Source: a virus. From it: a stretch of 64,000 bases of DNA. Where the stretch lies: the IMG/VR virus record IMGVR_UViG_3300021430_000595; one strand, 5' to 3'. This document shows, in pieces, positions 11,254 through 20,003 of this stretch; position 1 is the stretch's first letter, and each line of letters begins with the position of its first letter. Below the pieces are notes generated by a model. It worked only from the letters and a program-made list of their open reading frames with translations. It searched no databases and was not told the DNA's origin. The translations under genes and the position numbers were made by a program.

Positions 11254-11517
11254 ATGAAAATTATAGTAACCGAAAGACAATATAAATTATTGCTTGGACA
11301 ACCAAAATATCAGGAAATTGAAGAGCAGGGTGATGACCCAGCTGCTGCTCAACCTACTGCGGGTACGGGAAGTGCCGGTTCTAAAGAAGGGTATCCTGAA
11401 GTTGGTAAATGGGAAAGTGGTGTGACAAGAGGTCCTGCCAATCAGGTGGGTGTGACAAAGTGGTCTGATATTGTTGGTTCAACATTAAAAAGAGGTAAAG
11501 CAAATCCTCTTAAATAA
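11254..11517 (+). CDS. Hypothetical protein, probably virion-associated
   Basis: MKIIVTERQY start after TATTTAT motif; RGPAN/RGKAN repeats. Confidence 0.6.
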   Translation: MKIIVTERQYKLLLGQPKYQEIEEQGDDPAAAQPTAGTGSAGSKEGYPEVGKWESGVTRGPANQVGVTKWSDIVGSTLKRGKANPLK

Positions 11518-11554
11518 ATGTGTAATTAAAGATATTTATATATTAAAGCCGAAA

Positions 11555-12799
11555 ATGACTATTAATAGAAAAATAATAATAACAGAATCTGAAAAGAGAA
11601 GAATTTTGAATTTATATGAAAATTCACCTTCTTTGGATTGTGTTATATTAGATTGGTTATCTCCTGACGAAAAATATGTGATATTTTTAGATGAACTATA
11701 CGATATTGAAAACAAAGAAAAAATAGGAAACATTTGGGAAAACTTTGAAAATTTTAAATTTTTTATGAAACACTCGTTTGAGGTTTCAAAAACTATACCC
11801 CAACAAATTAAAGAAGATGTTCTTAGAACTTTAGATTCATTTTTAATTACCGAGTCAACTCAAAATTTAACGTCATTAAAATCAACATTCAAACAACTTT
11901 TAAAAGAAGATTGGGGTTTGATTGGTGATTTAGGTAATTGGGTTAAAGATACCGCAGTAAGTGCGGGTCAAGGTATTGCGGATTTTGCAAGTAAAAGTTG
12001 GGAGGGTGTAAAAAAATTAGGTGTGGCAATTTCAGAAGGAGATTGGTTAAATGTTCTTAATTTAGTAAAAAAAGGTGCATTATTCGTGGCCAGAAAAATT
12101 AGGTCAGCACTATATCACCCAATCGGTTTGATTTTAGATGCTATTTTAATCGCAACAGGTATTGGTAAAGGTGCTCAATTTGTTATTTGGTCAATTGTCG
12201 TTGCACTTGACATATATGAATTGTCATCGGGTGATTATGAAAACCCTGAAGATAGTTTAATAACAAGATTATTATTCCTTGGTGTGGATATTATTGGTTT
12301 GGTATTTGCTGGTGGTGCAGCTAAAGGAGCTAAAACTCTTATTAGTAATTTATTAAAAAAATTCGGTACATCAACAAAAGGTTTATCGGAGGCCACCAAA
12401 TCCAGTCCGCAATTCAAAAGTATTCTAACAAAAATGCTTAATGGTGCAAATAGTGCTGCGGGTATTATGGGTAAGGCGTCGAGTTATTTGAAAAATAAAT
12501 CACCGATGATGTTTAAGTTTCTTTCGGGTATAATGAGTGGATTAACAAAATTCATAACAAAATTGGTCAACTCAATTACCGCAATTATAAATTTTGGTGG
12601 TAAGGTTGTAACCGCGCCAGGTAAACTTGTGACGAAAGTTGGTGGCGGTAAAACGGCACAATCAGTTGCAAATACATTGGCGCCACTATCGGCAATCGGC
12701 ACTTACGGTAAGTATAAAGAACGAAAAGGGTATGAGGAAATTTCAGCGGCATTATCTGGTTCAGGCATTAAACCTGATTACAATAGTGTTGAATGGTAA
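11555..12799 (+). CDS. Hypothetical protein with hydrophobic helices, possible ejection protein
   Basis: 414 aa; Gly/Ala-rich amphipathic C-half; I/L-x-E motifs. Confidence 0.5.
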   Translation: MTINRKIIITESEKRRILNLYENSPSLDCVILDWLSPDEKYVIFLDELYDIENKEKIGNIWENFENFKFFMKHSFEVSKTIPQQIKEDVLRTLDSFLITESTQNLTSLKSTFKQLLKEDWGLIGDLGNWVKDTAVSAGQGIADFASKSWEGVKKLGVAISEGDWLNVLNLVKKGALFVARKIRSALYHPIGLILDAILIATGIGKGAQFVIWSIVVALDIYELSSGDYENPEDSLITRLLFLGVDIIGLVFAGGAAKGAKTLISNLLKKFGTSTKGLSEATKSSPQFKSILTKMLNGANSAAGIMGKASSYLKNKSPMMFKFLSGIMSGLTKFITKLVNSITAIINFGGKVVTAPGKLVTKVGGGKTAQSVANTLAPLSAIGTYGKYKERKGYEEISAALSGSGIKPDYNSVEW

Positions 12800-12831
12800 A
12801 ATAAAAATTAACAAAATAAAAAAAATATATT

Positions 12832-14898
12832 ATGAAAAATAAAGACTCTCAAATGATTAGAGATTACATGAATCTAATAGAATCTATCGAAAATAAACTT
12901 TCATCAGATGATGACGTTGTTGAGGAAAATACCATTCAACCAATCAACGAATTTAATAGAACATGGGTTAAAACATTTAGTGGAGATGCGAACGCACTTA
13001 AAAGTGCCGAACCGGCATTATATGGTGCATTTACTGACGTATTGTCATTTGCTAAAGGTGATAAAAATCAAATTATCGGTCTAACAGCTAAATCACCAAA
13101 TAAATTTGTACCAATTAAAAATATTGATGATTTATTATATGCTTTAAGAACCGATAGAGGTATGACAGACGCAACACTTGCATTATTTAATCAAGGATTA
13201 TTGAAGTCGGCTAAGACACCAGCAAATATCATTAATGACATAGCAAAAGAAGTTGTGGGTAGTCAAACCTTTGTAAAAAATTATGGTGCTATGACACCTA
13301 AACAAATGGAAATCGCGTTAAAAAATAAAGGTTACAGTGATAACGCCATTAAATCATTAATGGAAAACGCAAAGAAAGATAAAACTTTTTCCGCCGCACG
13401 AGCTAAGGGTGTCCAAAAAAGAAAAAATAAAAAAACACAATCAGGTAAAGATAAAAATTTAAATGCCACAACAAATGGTACTGGTGTTACTCAAACAGAA
13501 AAAAATATTTTATCAAAAAGAGCACAAGAATTACTTGATATCATTAATAATAAAAAGTGGGGTTGGAAAAAGATTTTAACTTGGGGTGCTGGTATTGGTA
13601 TTGGGGCTTTAGCATTATGGTGGTGGATTTTTGATAATTCAGACACCGTACCCGAAGATATGCCAGATAATGAACCAACAGTTGGTGGACAATGGTCACC
13701 ATGTTTACAAGATTTGATTAACAACAAATCTGGTGTTGTTACAACAACTAAAAATGGTGAAATTTATGTTATGGTTAGTAAAACAGGTAATCCCGAATAT
13801 GATAAAATGGGTGGAATTAGATTTTATTCAAATGGAAGAGTATGGGCTAATGATAATTCCAAAAAAGGTACTTGGTCTTGTAAAGGAGGTAAAACGGTTG
13901 TGAATGAAATGTCTTTAAATGAACAAAGTGCCCAAATTGATAGTGCAACAATGCAAAGTTATGTGGACACCGCAGTTAATGATTTGGATGGTTGGGTTGA
14001 TTCGGGTAATTTAGCGAGTTTAAAAAAAATAATAACGAATTTAAAAGGTAAAACATTTAATGGTAAAGATGCTATTAGTGAATTTTTAAAATTCTACAAA
14101 GCAGATGAGGGTGACGATTTCACTGCAGATGTTCAGAGTGTTGGTGTTAAAACTGTTGGGGTACAAGGTATAACCGACAAAGAAGAAATATTAAACCTTG
14201 TAAAAGGTGGTGGTTCTTCTTCTGCAACAACACCTGGTAATCTTGGTGGTATAGATATTATATGGGATGGTGATAAAAAAGTTGGTGGGGGAAGTGGTGG
14301 AACTAAAAAGAAATCAATTTACAAAGAATGTACAAATTTCCCATACGTATTTGGTTGTAAAAGTGAAATTATTAGAGAAGTTCAAAAATGTCTTGGTATG
14401 GAAGAGAAATATCAAACAGGTAATTTTGGTCCTATTACATTACAATATTTAGAAACCAAACGTGGTGAAAAAGTAATCACTAAAGAGGTTTACGATAGTA
14501 TTATGAAAAATTGTAAACAATCTGTTGTTACAACAAGTACGGGTGATACTCAAACTCAAACAGGAGAACCAACCAAGACGGGTGAAACAACAAAAACAGA
14601 TGGTTCAACACCAACTCAAACAGGAGAACCAACCAAGACGGGTGAAACAACAAAAACAGATGGTTCAACACCAACTCAACCGGAAGAAATTAAAATGAAC
14701 AGGGCTCAATGTGTGAACTTGTTTAGTGAGATTGACGATAATGACCAAGAACAAGGTACAAGAACAGCAACCGAACTACAAAGAAAACAAATTAAATTCT
14801 GTTTACAACAATATAATTTCGGTATAGGTAGTGGAGCAGCAAAAATTAAAAGAAGATATGGTTACACCGCTTCGGGTGGTGATAGAGGTATCAAATAA
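12832..14898 (+). CDS. Large protein with one TM segment and a peptidoglycan-binding-like motif
   Basis: WGAGIGIGALALWWW; EVQKCLG..GNFGPIT. Confidence 0.5.
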   Translation: MKNKDSQMIRDYMNLIESIENKLSSDDDVVEENTIQPINEFNRTWVKTFSGDANALKSAEPALYGAFTDVLSFAKGDKNQIIGLTAKSPNKFVPIKNIDDLLYALRTDRGMTDATLALFNQGLLKSAKTPANIINDIAKEVVGSQTFVKNYGAMTPKQMEIALKNKGYSDNAIKSLMENAKKDKTFSAARAKGVQKRKNKKTQSGKDKNLNATTNGTGVTQTEKNILSKRAQELLDIINNKKWGWKKILTWGAGIGIGALALWWWIFDNSDTVPEDMPDNEPTVGGQWSPCLQDLINNKSGVVTTTKNGEIYVMVSKTGNPEYDKMGGIRFYSNGRVWANDNSKKGTWSCKGGKTVVNEMSLNEQSAQIDSATMQSYVDTAVNDLDGWVDSGNLASLKKIITNLKGKTFNGKDAISEFLKFYKADEGDDFTADVQSVGVKTVGVQGITDKEEILNLVKGGGSSSATTPGNLGGIDIIWDGDKKVGGGSGGTKKKSIYKECTNFPYVFGCKSEIIREVQKCLGMEEKYQTGNFGPITLQYLETKRGEKVITKEVYDSIMKNCKQSVVTTSTGDTQTQTGEPTKTGETTKTDGSTPTQTGEPTKTGETTKTDGSTPTQPEEIKMNRAQCVNLFSEIDDNDQEQGTRTATELQRKQIKFCLQQYNFGIGSGAAKIKRRYGYTASGGDRGIK
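14553..14679 (+). repeat. 60-bp perfect in-frame tandem duplication
   Basis: Two identical units encoding TQTGEPTKTGETTKTDGSTP. Confidence 0.9.
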
Positions 14899-14913
14899 GA
14901 TATAGTTAATAAT

Positions 14914-15522
14914 ATGCAACTTAGAGAACACATAAAAGAAACTTTACTTGAAGAACGTAAACGTAAGTTAAGTGAATCATTCATAGAAGTAACCGATATT
15001 AAAGATAGTGATTTTGCATCGAAAAAAATCACAGAAATTACTATTAGTTTAATTAATGAGGGTTATTCTTTAAAAGAAATTGAAGATTCGTTTAATTTAC
15101 TTGAGGATGATAATCCATGGGATATGAGTAAACTTGATTTTACAAAAATGTTTAAATCAAGTATGTTATCCGGTGCTAAGGAATATATCATAAATTTCGT
15201 GTTAACTGAAGTTTTTGGTGCAAATAAAGACTTTGCAGCAACAGCCGCAGTTGTTTTTGCAGATTATAATCCAATAGATTTATTAAAAATATTCAAAGAT
15301 GAACAATCGTGTAATCCATCAATGAGGGATTTATTAGATTCTTTAATCGAGGCGGTTGTTAGATATATTGGTGGTAACATTGCTGGTGTTGATAGAACAA
15401 ATTATGGTTTAAATATTACAGGAATTTCTACAACCGCGGTTGGTAATATTTTTGGTCAAGCAATTCGTGAATCAAACGTTGGTGAGGTTGCATCATCTAA
15501 ATTTTGTAAATTAATACATTAA
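14914..15522 (+). CDS. Hypothetical protein
   Basis: 202-aa ORF in operon. Confidence 0.55.
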   Translation: MQLREHIKETLLEERKRKLSESFIEVTDIKDSDFASKKITEITISLINEGYSLKEIEDSFNLLEDDNPWDMSKLDFTKMFKSSMLSGAKEYIINFVLTEVFGANKDFAATAAVVFADYNPIDLLKIFKDEQSCNPSMRDLLDSLIEAVVRYIGGNIAGVDRTNYGLNITGISTTAVGNIFGQAIRESNVGEVASSKFCKLIH

Positions 15523-15523
15523 A

Positions 15524-16414
15524 ATGGAATTCACAAAGAAACAAATATTAGAAGAAAATAAACAATTAAACGAGTCGTTATTAAGTGTTGAAAATATTTT
15601 AATGACTGCGGGTTTTGTACCCGTAATTGGTGAAATTGCCGACATCGCATTAATAATTTATTACCTTATGAAAGGTGAAAAATTATATGCAGCATTAATG
15701 TTAATCGCTTTAGTACCGACAGTAGGTGATTTTATTGTTAAACCAATAATAAAGGCACTGAGGGTTACTAAAGAAGGTAATGCGGTTTTAAAAACGGGTG
15801 TTGGTCTAACGGAGTATTTAGCTAAAAATCCTCAACTATCTAAAAAATTCACATCATTATCTCAATACGCAAAATCACCATCGGTAACAAAGACAGTTGA
15901 GAGTATTGGTAAAGTTAATGGTTCATGGGGTTCATCACTTAAAGAAATGTTAAATAAATTGGGTGGGCACACCGTTGCCGGTTTAAAAGCAGGTGGTAAG
16001 TCGGTGGTTTCAGGTAACACATTTCGTGGTGGTTTAAAAGATTATTTTAAAGGTCAAAGATTAAGTAAATATTACGCAAAGCGTGGTGTACTTCCCGAAA
16101 AAGGTATTAAAATGTGGTGGCAAAATGTTTTGGCTAGAGGTGATAGAAGAAATGCATTTAGAAAATTCATAATGGCTAATAATTTACTTTCACATTTCGG
16201 TATACCATCGTTATCATCATTCGAAGATAAAATGAGTACCGATGATGATTTCAAAAGAAAAGTTGCGGATGACCCAATGATGAGTGATTACATTGCACAA
16301 AACTCAAATGAAAATGACTTTAATATGAGTGGTGAAAAAGAATCGTCTTCCCCATCAGAAACAAATACAATGTCATTATCTTTTTTGAAAAAGTTGGCAC
16401 AATCATTTGTGTAA
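15524..16414 (+). CDS. Protein with pre-toxin TG-like helical hairpin
   Basis: GFVPVIGEIADIA..YYL.KGE.LYAAL.LIALVPTVGD. Confidence 0.5.
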   Translation: MEFTKKQILEENKQLNESLLSVENILMTAGFVPVIGEIADIALIIYYLMKGEKLYAALMLIALVPTVGDFIVKPIIKALRVTKEGNAVLKTGVGLTEYLAKNPQLSKKFTSLSQYAKSPSVTKTVESIGKVNGSWGSSLKEMLNKLGGHTVAGLKAGGKSVVSGNTFRGGLKDYFKGQRLSKYYAKRGVLPEKGIKMWWQNVLARGDRRNAFRKFIMANNLLSHFGIPSLSSFEDKMSTDDDFKRKVADDPMMSDYIAQNSNENDFNMSGEKESSSPSETNTMSLSFLKKLAQSFV

Positions 16415-16590
16415 TTCAACTTTTTGAGATATTTATTATAAGAGTTAAGTGGTTTGGTCGCCACGAAACGATAATAGAGCTAAAAACGAAAGGAGGTATT
16501 CCACATCTCGGCAAGGGGGTCTTAATTGACTCCTTTGTTCGTTATAAACCTCTCGAAGACAATATCGAGGACATTATGTCCTTGAAACAA

Positions 16591-16621
16591 AAAACCCACC
16601 AATTCGGTGGGTTTCTTTTTT
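16591..16621 (+). terminator. Intrinsic terminator
   Basis: AAACCCACC-AATTC-GGTGGGTTT followed by T tract. Confidence 0.75.
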
Positions 16622-16672
16622 ACATCTCCACACTTTTTCTCACCATCTCCATATTTTTTAATAAAAACTTAT

Positions 16673-17194
16673 ATGGGAAAATGTATTTGTTCAAATTGTG
16701 GGATTGAGTTTGAAAAGTCTAATTCAGAAATAAATCGCAACAAAAAATTATCAAGACCTAACTTTTGTTCTAGAAAATGTGTTGGTATTAATAACACTAA
16801 AAATTTATTGAACGTGACCCATCGTTATGATATTTCATTACACAGTAATAACAGAAGGGACGATTATAGTAAATTTAAATATCATTTTAGGAACATAAAA
16901 AAAAGAAATAAAGATATTAATCTAATAATAGAAGATTTAAGTAATCAATGGGATAAACAAAATGGTATTTGCCCATTTAGTGGTGTAAAATTAGAAATAT
17001 CTTCATATAGTAAAATTAAAAAAAATCCGATATACTCTGCATCGTTAGATAGGATTGATAACACAAAAGGGTATATAAAAGGTAACATTAGATGGGTGTC
17101 AAGAGCAATTAATTGGATGAAGAATGATATGACAGACTATCAAGTTAATGAATTAATTGATATTTTAGTAAAAAATAAAAGGAGTCTCATTTAA
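16673..17194 (+). CDS. Free-standing homing endonuclease-like protein (His-Me finger)
   Basis: CSNC/FCSRKC zinc motif; SLDRIDNTKGYIKGNIRWV. Confidence 0.75.
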   Translation: MGKCICSNCGIEFEKSNSEINRNKKLSRPNFCSRKCVGINNTKNLLNVTHRYDISLHSNNRRDDYSKFKYHFRNIKKRNKDINLIIEDLSNQWDKQNGICPFSGVKLEISSYSKIKKNPIYSASLDRIDNTKGYIKGNIRWVSRAINWMKNDMTDYQVNELIDILVKNKRSLI

Positions 17195-17205
17195 GAGACT
17201 CCTTT
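17177..17205. terminator. Bidirectional terminator between endonuclease and tmRNA
   Basis: AAAGGAGTCTC / GAGACTCCTTT inverted repeat. Confidence 0.75.
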
Positions 17206-17208
17206 CAG

Positions 17209-17823
17209 TGGAGGTGGAGGGATTCGACAAATCTTGGACTATATCATCATCCTCATGGGATGTCGGACGCTAATGTGGTATTACGATAGAAGCGTCTATC
17301 ACCCACTAGTCTCTGCACCTTCCTGTTCCTACCAGGCTTGGCTCAGGGTTGTCTTATAAAAAGGTTTTCCCTGAATTCATCCGATTTTCGACACACCTCT
17401 CGATGTGAAGGGGCTCGAGTTAACCCTCGTCTTGCTCGCCATACCATAAATGGACTACACGTTTATTCGGTTAATTCACAACCGACAAATATCAAGTTCC
17501 TATTTTGACATCGTTACTTGAAACTGTGTCGAGTTCACTTTCACTTCTTTCGAAGATTTATAGGTAGTCCTCTGAACGAAACCCTTGACACTCTAAGTGG
17601 TATCACACTATAAGGACTTCTGTTCCTAGGTTATATGTCCGTCGACCCGGGGTGACACCCAATTTGATTAGGCTGCCACTTTAGAAGTTGCAAGTAAACC
17701 TGCCACTTCCATGTTGTTGTAAACGTTGCCGTTTAGATTTTTCCACCATTTATTAAAGTCGTAGATGAAGTCCGACTACGTGCCCATGTACACTATCAAC
17801 GCCAATCAATTCCATTCACCCCC
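17209..17823 (-). ncRNA. ssrA: tmRNA interrupted by a group I intron; tag frame 17730..17668 encodes GNVYNNMEVAGLLATSKVAA*
   Basis: Acceptor GGGGGTG/CACCTCC-A with G3.U70; spliced T-arm GAGGG-TTCGAAT-CCCTC; tag ends AA*; smpB nearby. Confidence 0.92.
17228..17422 (-). mobile_element. Group I intron (195 nt, no ORF) in tmRNA T-loop
   Basis: P AATTCAGGGAA, Q AACCCTGAGCCAAG, R CAGAGACTA, S GATATAGTCC; 5' exon ends U, intron ends G. Confidence 0.9.
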
Positions 17824-17830
17824 CATAATT

Positions 17831-17850
17831 CAAAGAACTCTACAAAATTA
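17831..17850 (-). promoter_or_regulatory. Bacteroidota -7 promoter element (TAATTTTG) and boxA-like GTTCTTTG upstream of tmRNA
   Basis: Matches TAnnTTTG; same motifs precede other RNA blocks. Confidence 0.6.
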
Positions 17851-17874
17851 ATGAATAAAATTTAATTAACCAAA

Positions 17875-18603
17875 TTAAATTTCATCATCAATATATGTTA
17901 CTGTAAATATACCGTTTTCTTCCTTTAAATCAAATACTAACGGTTTATGTATTGGTTGATATCTTTCAGTGCAAGTTGATGCGTTTACGAATACCGTGTC
18001 TTTAATATAAGCAACACCATATGCACCATGTATATGTCCAAAAATGTGCATTAAAGGTTTAATCACATCAACACGTTCTCTTAATAATTCACAACCAACT
18101 TGTAATGTTCCTGCCCTATCATCCACAAAATCTCTGATACCGTGTGGTGGACCGTGTGTAATTAAAATGTCAGTATCATTTGGAATTTCATCCCACTTTT
18201 CTTTCAATACAATACCGTTTCTTGGTAGATTAAATGCCCAATTGAAAAACTCAGGTTGCCAAGGTGAACCATATATTTTAATCGGTCTTGAAAATTCATT
18301 ACTGATAATTTCAATACTTCCATCCTCAAGATATGTGACATTATGTTCCAACAATATGTTGGGGTCAATATATGAATTTAACCAAGCCGGTTCTTGTTCA
18401 AATGCAAAATCATGATTACCGGCAATAAAGATTTTATATTTAAAACCGTCAATCCCTTTAAACCATTCAATAAAACCTCTAACATCATTTTCTCTACCTA
18501 CATTGGTGCAATCACCAGCATGAATTAAAACATCACCTTCAGGTAATGTATGTGTCATCCCATTATGTAATGAATGGGTATCGGAAATACATACTATTCT
18601 CAT
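17875..18603 (-). CDS. Calcineurin-like metallophosphoesterase
   Basis: ISDTH, HAGD, AGNHD, THGPP, GHIH. Confidence 0.9.
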   Translation of the reverse strand: MRIVCISDTHSLHNGMTHTLPEGDVLIHAGDCTNVGRENDVRGFIEWFKGIDGFKYKIFIAGNHDFAFEQEPAWLNSYIDPNILLEHNVTYLEDGSIEIISNEFSRPIKIYGSPWQPEFFNWAFNLPRNGIVLKEKWDEIPNDTDILITHGPPHGIRDFVDDRAGTLQVGCELLRERVDVIKPLMHIFGHIHGAYGVAYIKDTVFVNASTCTERYQPIHKPLVFDLKEENGIFTVTYIDDEI

Positions 18604-18721
18604 AATATTAAATATAGATATTTTTTTTCAAAAAAAGAAGAGGTTAGTTTAACTAACCCCTTCTCAGGACAACCGGATTAACGGTTCAGCTCCACCACTT
18701 GGTTTTTCAAAACCAAGAAAA

Positions 18722-19168
18722 TTATTTCACATCCAAAAGTTTAGAAATTGCTTCTAACTCCATTTCTGCTTTTAACTCAGGTGTGATAATTGCATTTAAA
18801 CGAGCTTCGATTTCCGCAAGTTCTTTACGTTTTTCTTGGATTGAAATTTGATTTACACGAGTTTGGAAATCGTCTTTCCATTCTTCAACAGTAAACCCTA
18901 ACCATGTGAATTTGTAATCCACACCAAGTTCATTAGCTGCACTCTCTGATTTATCTTTTCTTTCCATCAAGAAAGCGTACATCTCAACCAATTTACGAAC
19001 ATCAGTAACCGTTGCGATTTGTGTTCTGTCATGTGCTGAGTTGGCTGAATAACCAAAGTTACCACTTGTTTTCCAACAAGGTCTCTCTGCTTTTTCAATT
19101 GCTAATTTTTTCTCTTGTACTAAGTCAAATAACTGTTTAACTTTAGCATCTGTTGTTTTTGTTGCCAT
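18722..19168 (-). CDS. Hypothetical coiled-coil protein
   Basis: 148-aa ORF followed by hairpins and terminator. Confidence 0.65.
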   Translation of the reverse strand: MATKTTDAKVKQLFDLVQEKKLAIEKAERPCWKTSGNFGYSANSAHDRTQIATVTDVRKLVEMYAFLMERKDKSESAANELGVDYKFTWLGFTVEEWKDDFQTRVNQISIQEKRKELAEIEARLNAIITPELKAEMELEAISKLLDVK

Positions 19169-19202
19169 AATTGTTGTTTTTTTTTGTTGTTTATTATGTT
19201 GT

Positions 19203-19838
19203 TTATTCTTTTAATCTTCCTCTATACCACCCATTGGGTATTTCAGAATCTTTTTTTACTTTTTTATTTTCAATACCATTTGTTATCCAAATTGTACCAA
19301 ACTGTGAATTTTTTTCACCTTGATTTTTAGGTTTAGACATTTTTTGTTTTGATTCTTCTTTATGTTTTTTACCTAACCAGTGTTGGTTTCCTTTTCCTGA
19401 TTCACTTAATTTTTTAGATAGTCGACTTTTCCATTCTTGATTATTTTTATATAACCATTTAAGTTTTTCAGTCCCTTTAATACTATTTATTTTAGCATTT
19501 TCTTTTGCCTTTTGAAAAAAAAATATCCTATGTTCTTCAGATGAAAACCCACCTTCACCGCCTTGTTTAATATTTAAACACATTGAATCTTTCAAAATAT
19601 TTTCATTTACTAACTCTTTTTCTCTATCTTTTAAAGAACGTCTATCAGGTAAAAATTCTAAAATTTCACATTTAAAATTTTCTTTACCATATTTCTTGAT
19701 TGAGTACCATAATCTTTTTCCACTCCCCACATAACCATCGTTTAAATTATCTGTGGAATGCATTCCTATGTAATATTTTCCATTTATAAGATTTATCGTT
19801 TTATAAATGTAATGATAATTCTTTTGTTTTCTTCCCAT
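19203..19838 (-). CDS. GIY-YIG (Seg-like) homing endonuclease with NUMOD3-like motif
   Basis: YIYKTINLINGKYYIGMH, YVGSG, GKKHKEESKQKMS; start moved to ATG 19838. Confidence 0.85.
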   Translation of the reverse strand: MGRKQKNYHYIYKTINLINGKYYIGMHSTDNLNDGYVGSGKRLWYSIKKYGKENFKCEILEFLPDRRSLKDREKELVNENILKDSMCLNIKQGGEGGFSSEEHRIFFFQKAKENAKINSIKGTEKLKWLYKNNQEWKSRLSKKLSESGKGNQHWLGKKHKEESKQKMSKPKNQGEKNSQFGTIWITNGIENKKVKKDSEIPNGWYRGRLKE

Positions 19839-19875
19839 ATTAATAAATATGGGAAGATGGTACAAAAGTTCAAGG

Positions 19876-19998
19876 TGGGGAGGGTGGGATTCGAACTCCA
19901 CGACCACGAGGTTAACAGCCTTAGAAGTAACTAAGCTTATAGCCGTATGTACAGAAATTAAACCAGTAATACGTGCTCTACCACTGAGCTACCTCCCC
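19876..19998 (-). tRNA. tRNA-Asn(GTT)-like gene with a 50-nt structured insertion (19922..19971) in the anticodon stem
   Basis: Acceptor GGGGAGG/CCTCCCC, D-arm GCTC/GAGC, CG[insert]AGG-CTGTTAA-CCTCG, TTCGAAT T-loop. Confidence 0.8.
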
Positions 19999-20003
19999 GA
20001 GTA

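Noticed and set aside
19839-19907. N-terminal extension of the GIY-YIG ORF
   Set aside because: Overlaps the tRNA-Asn-like gene; ATG 19838 follows a TATTTAT motif
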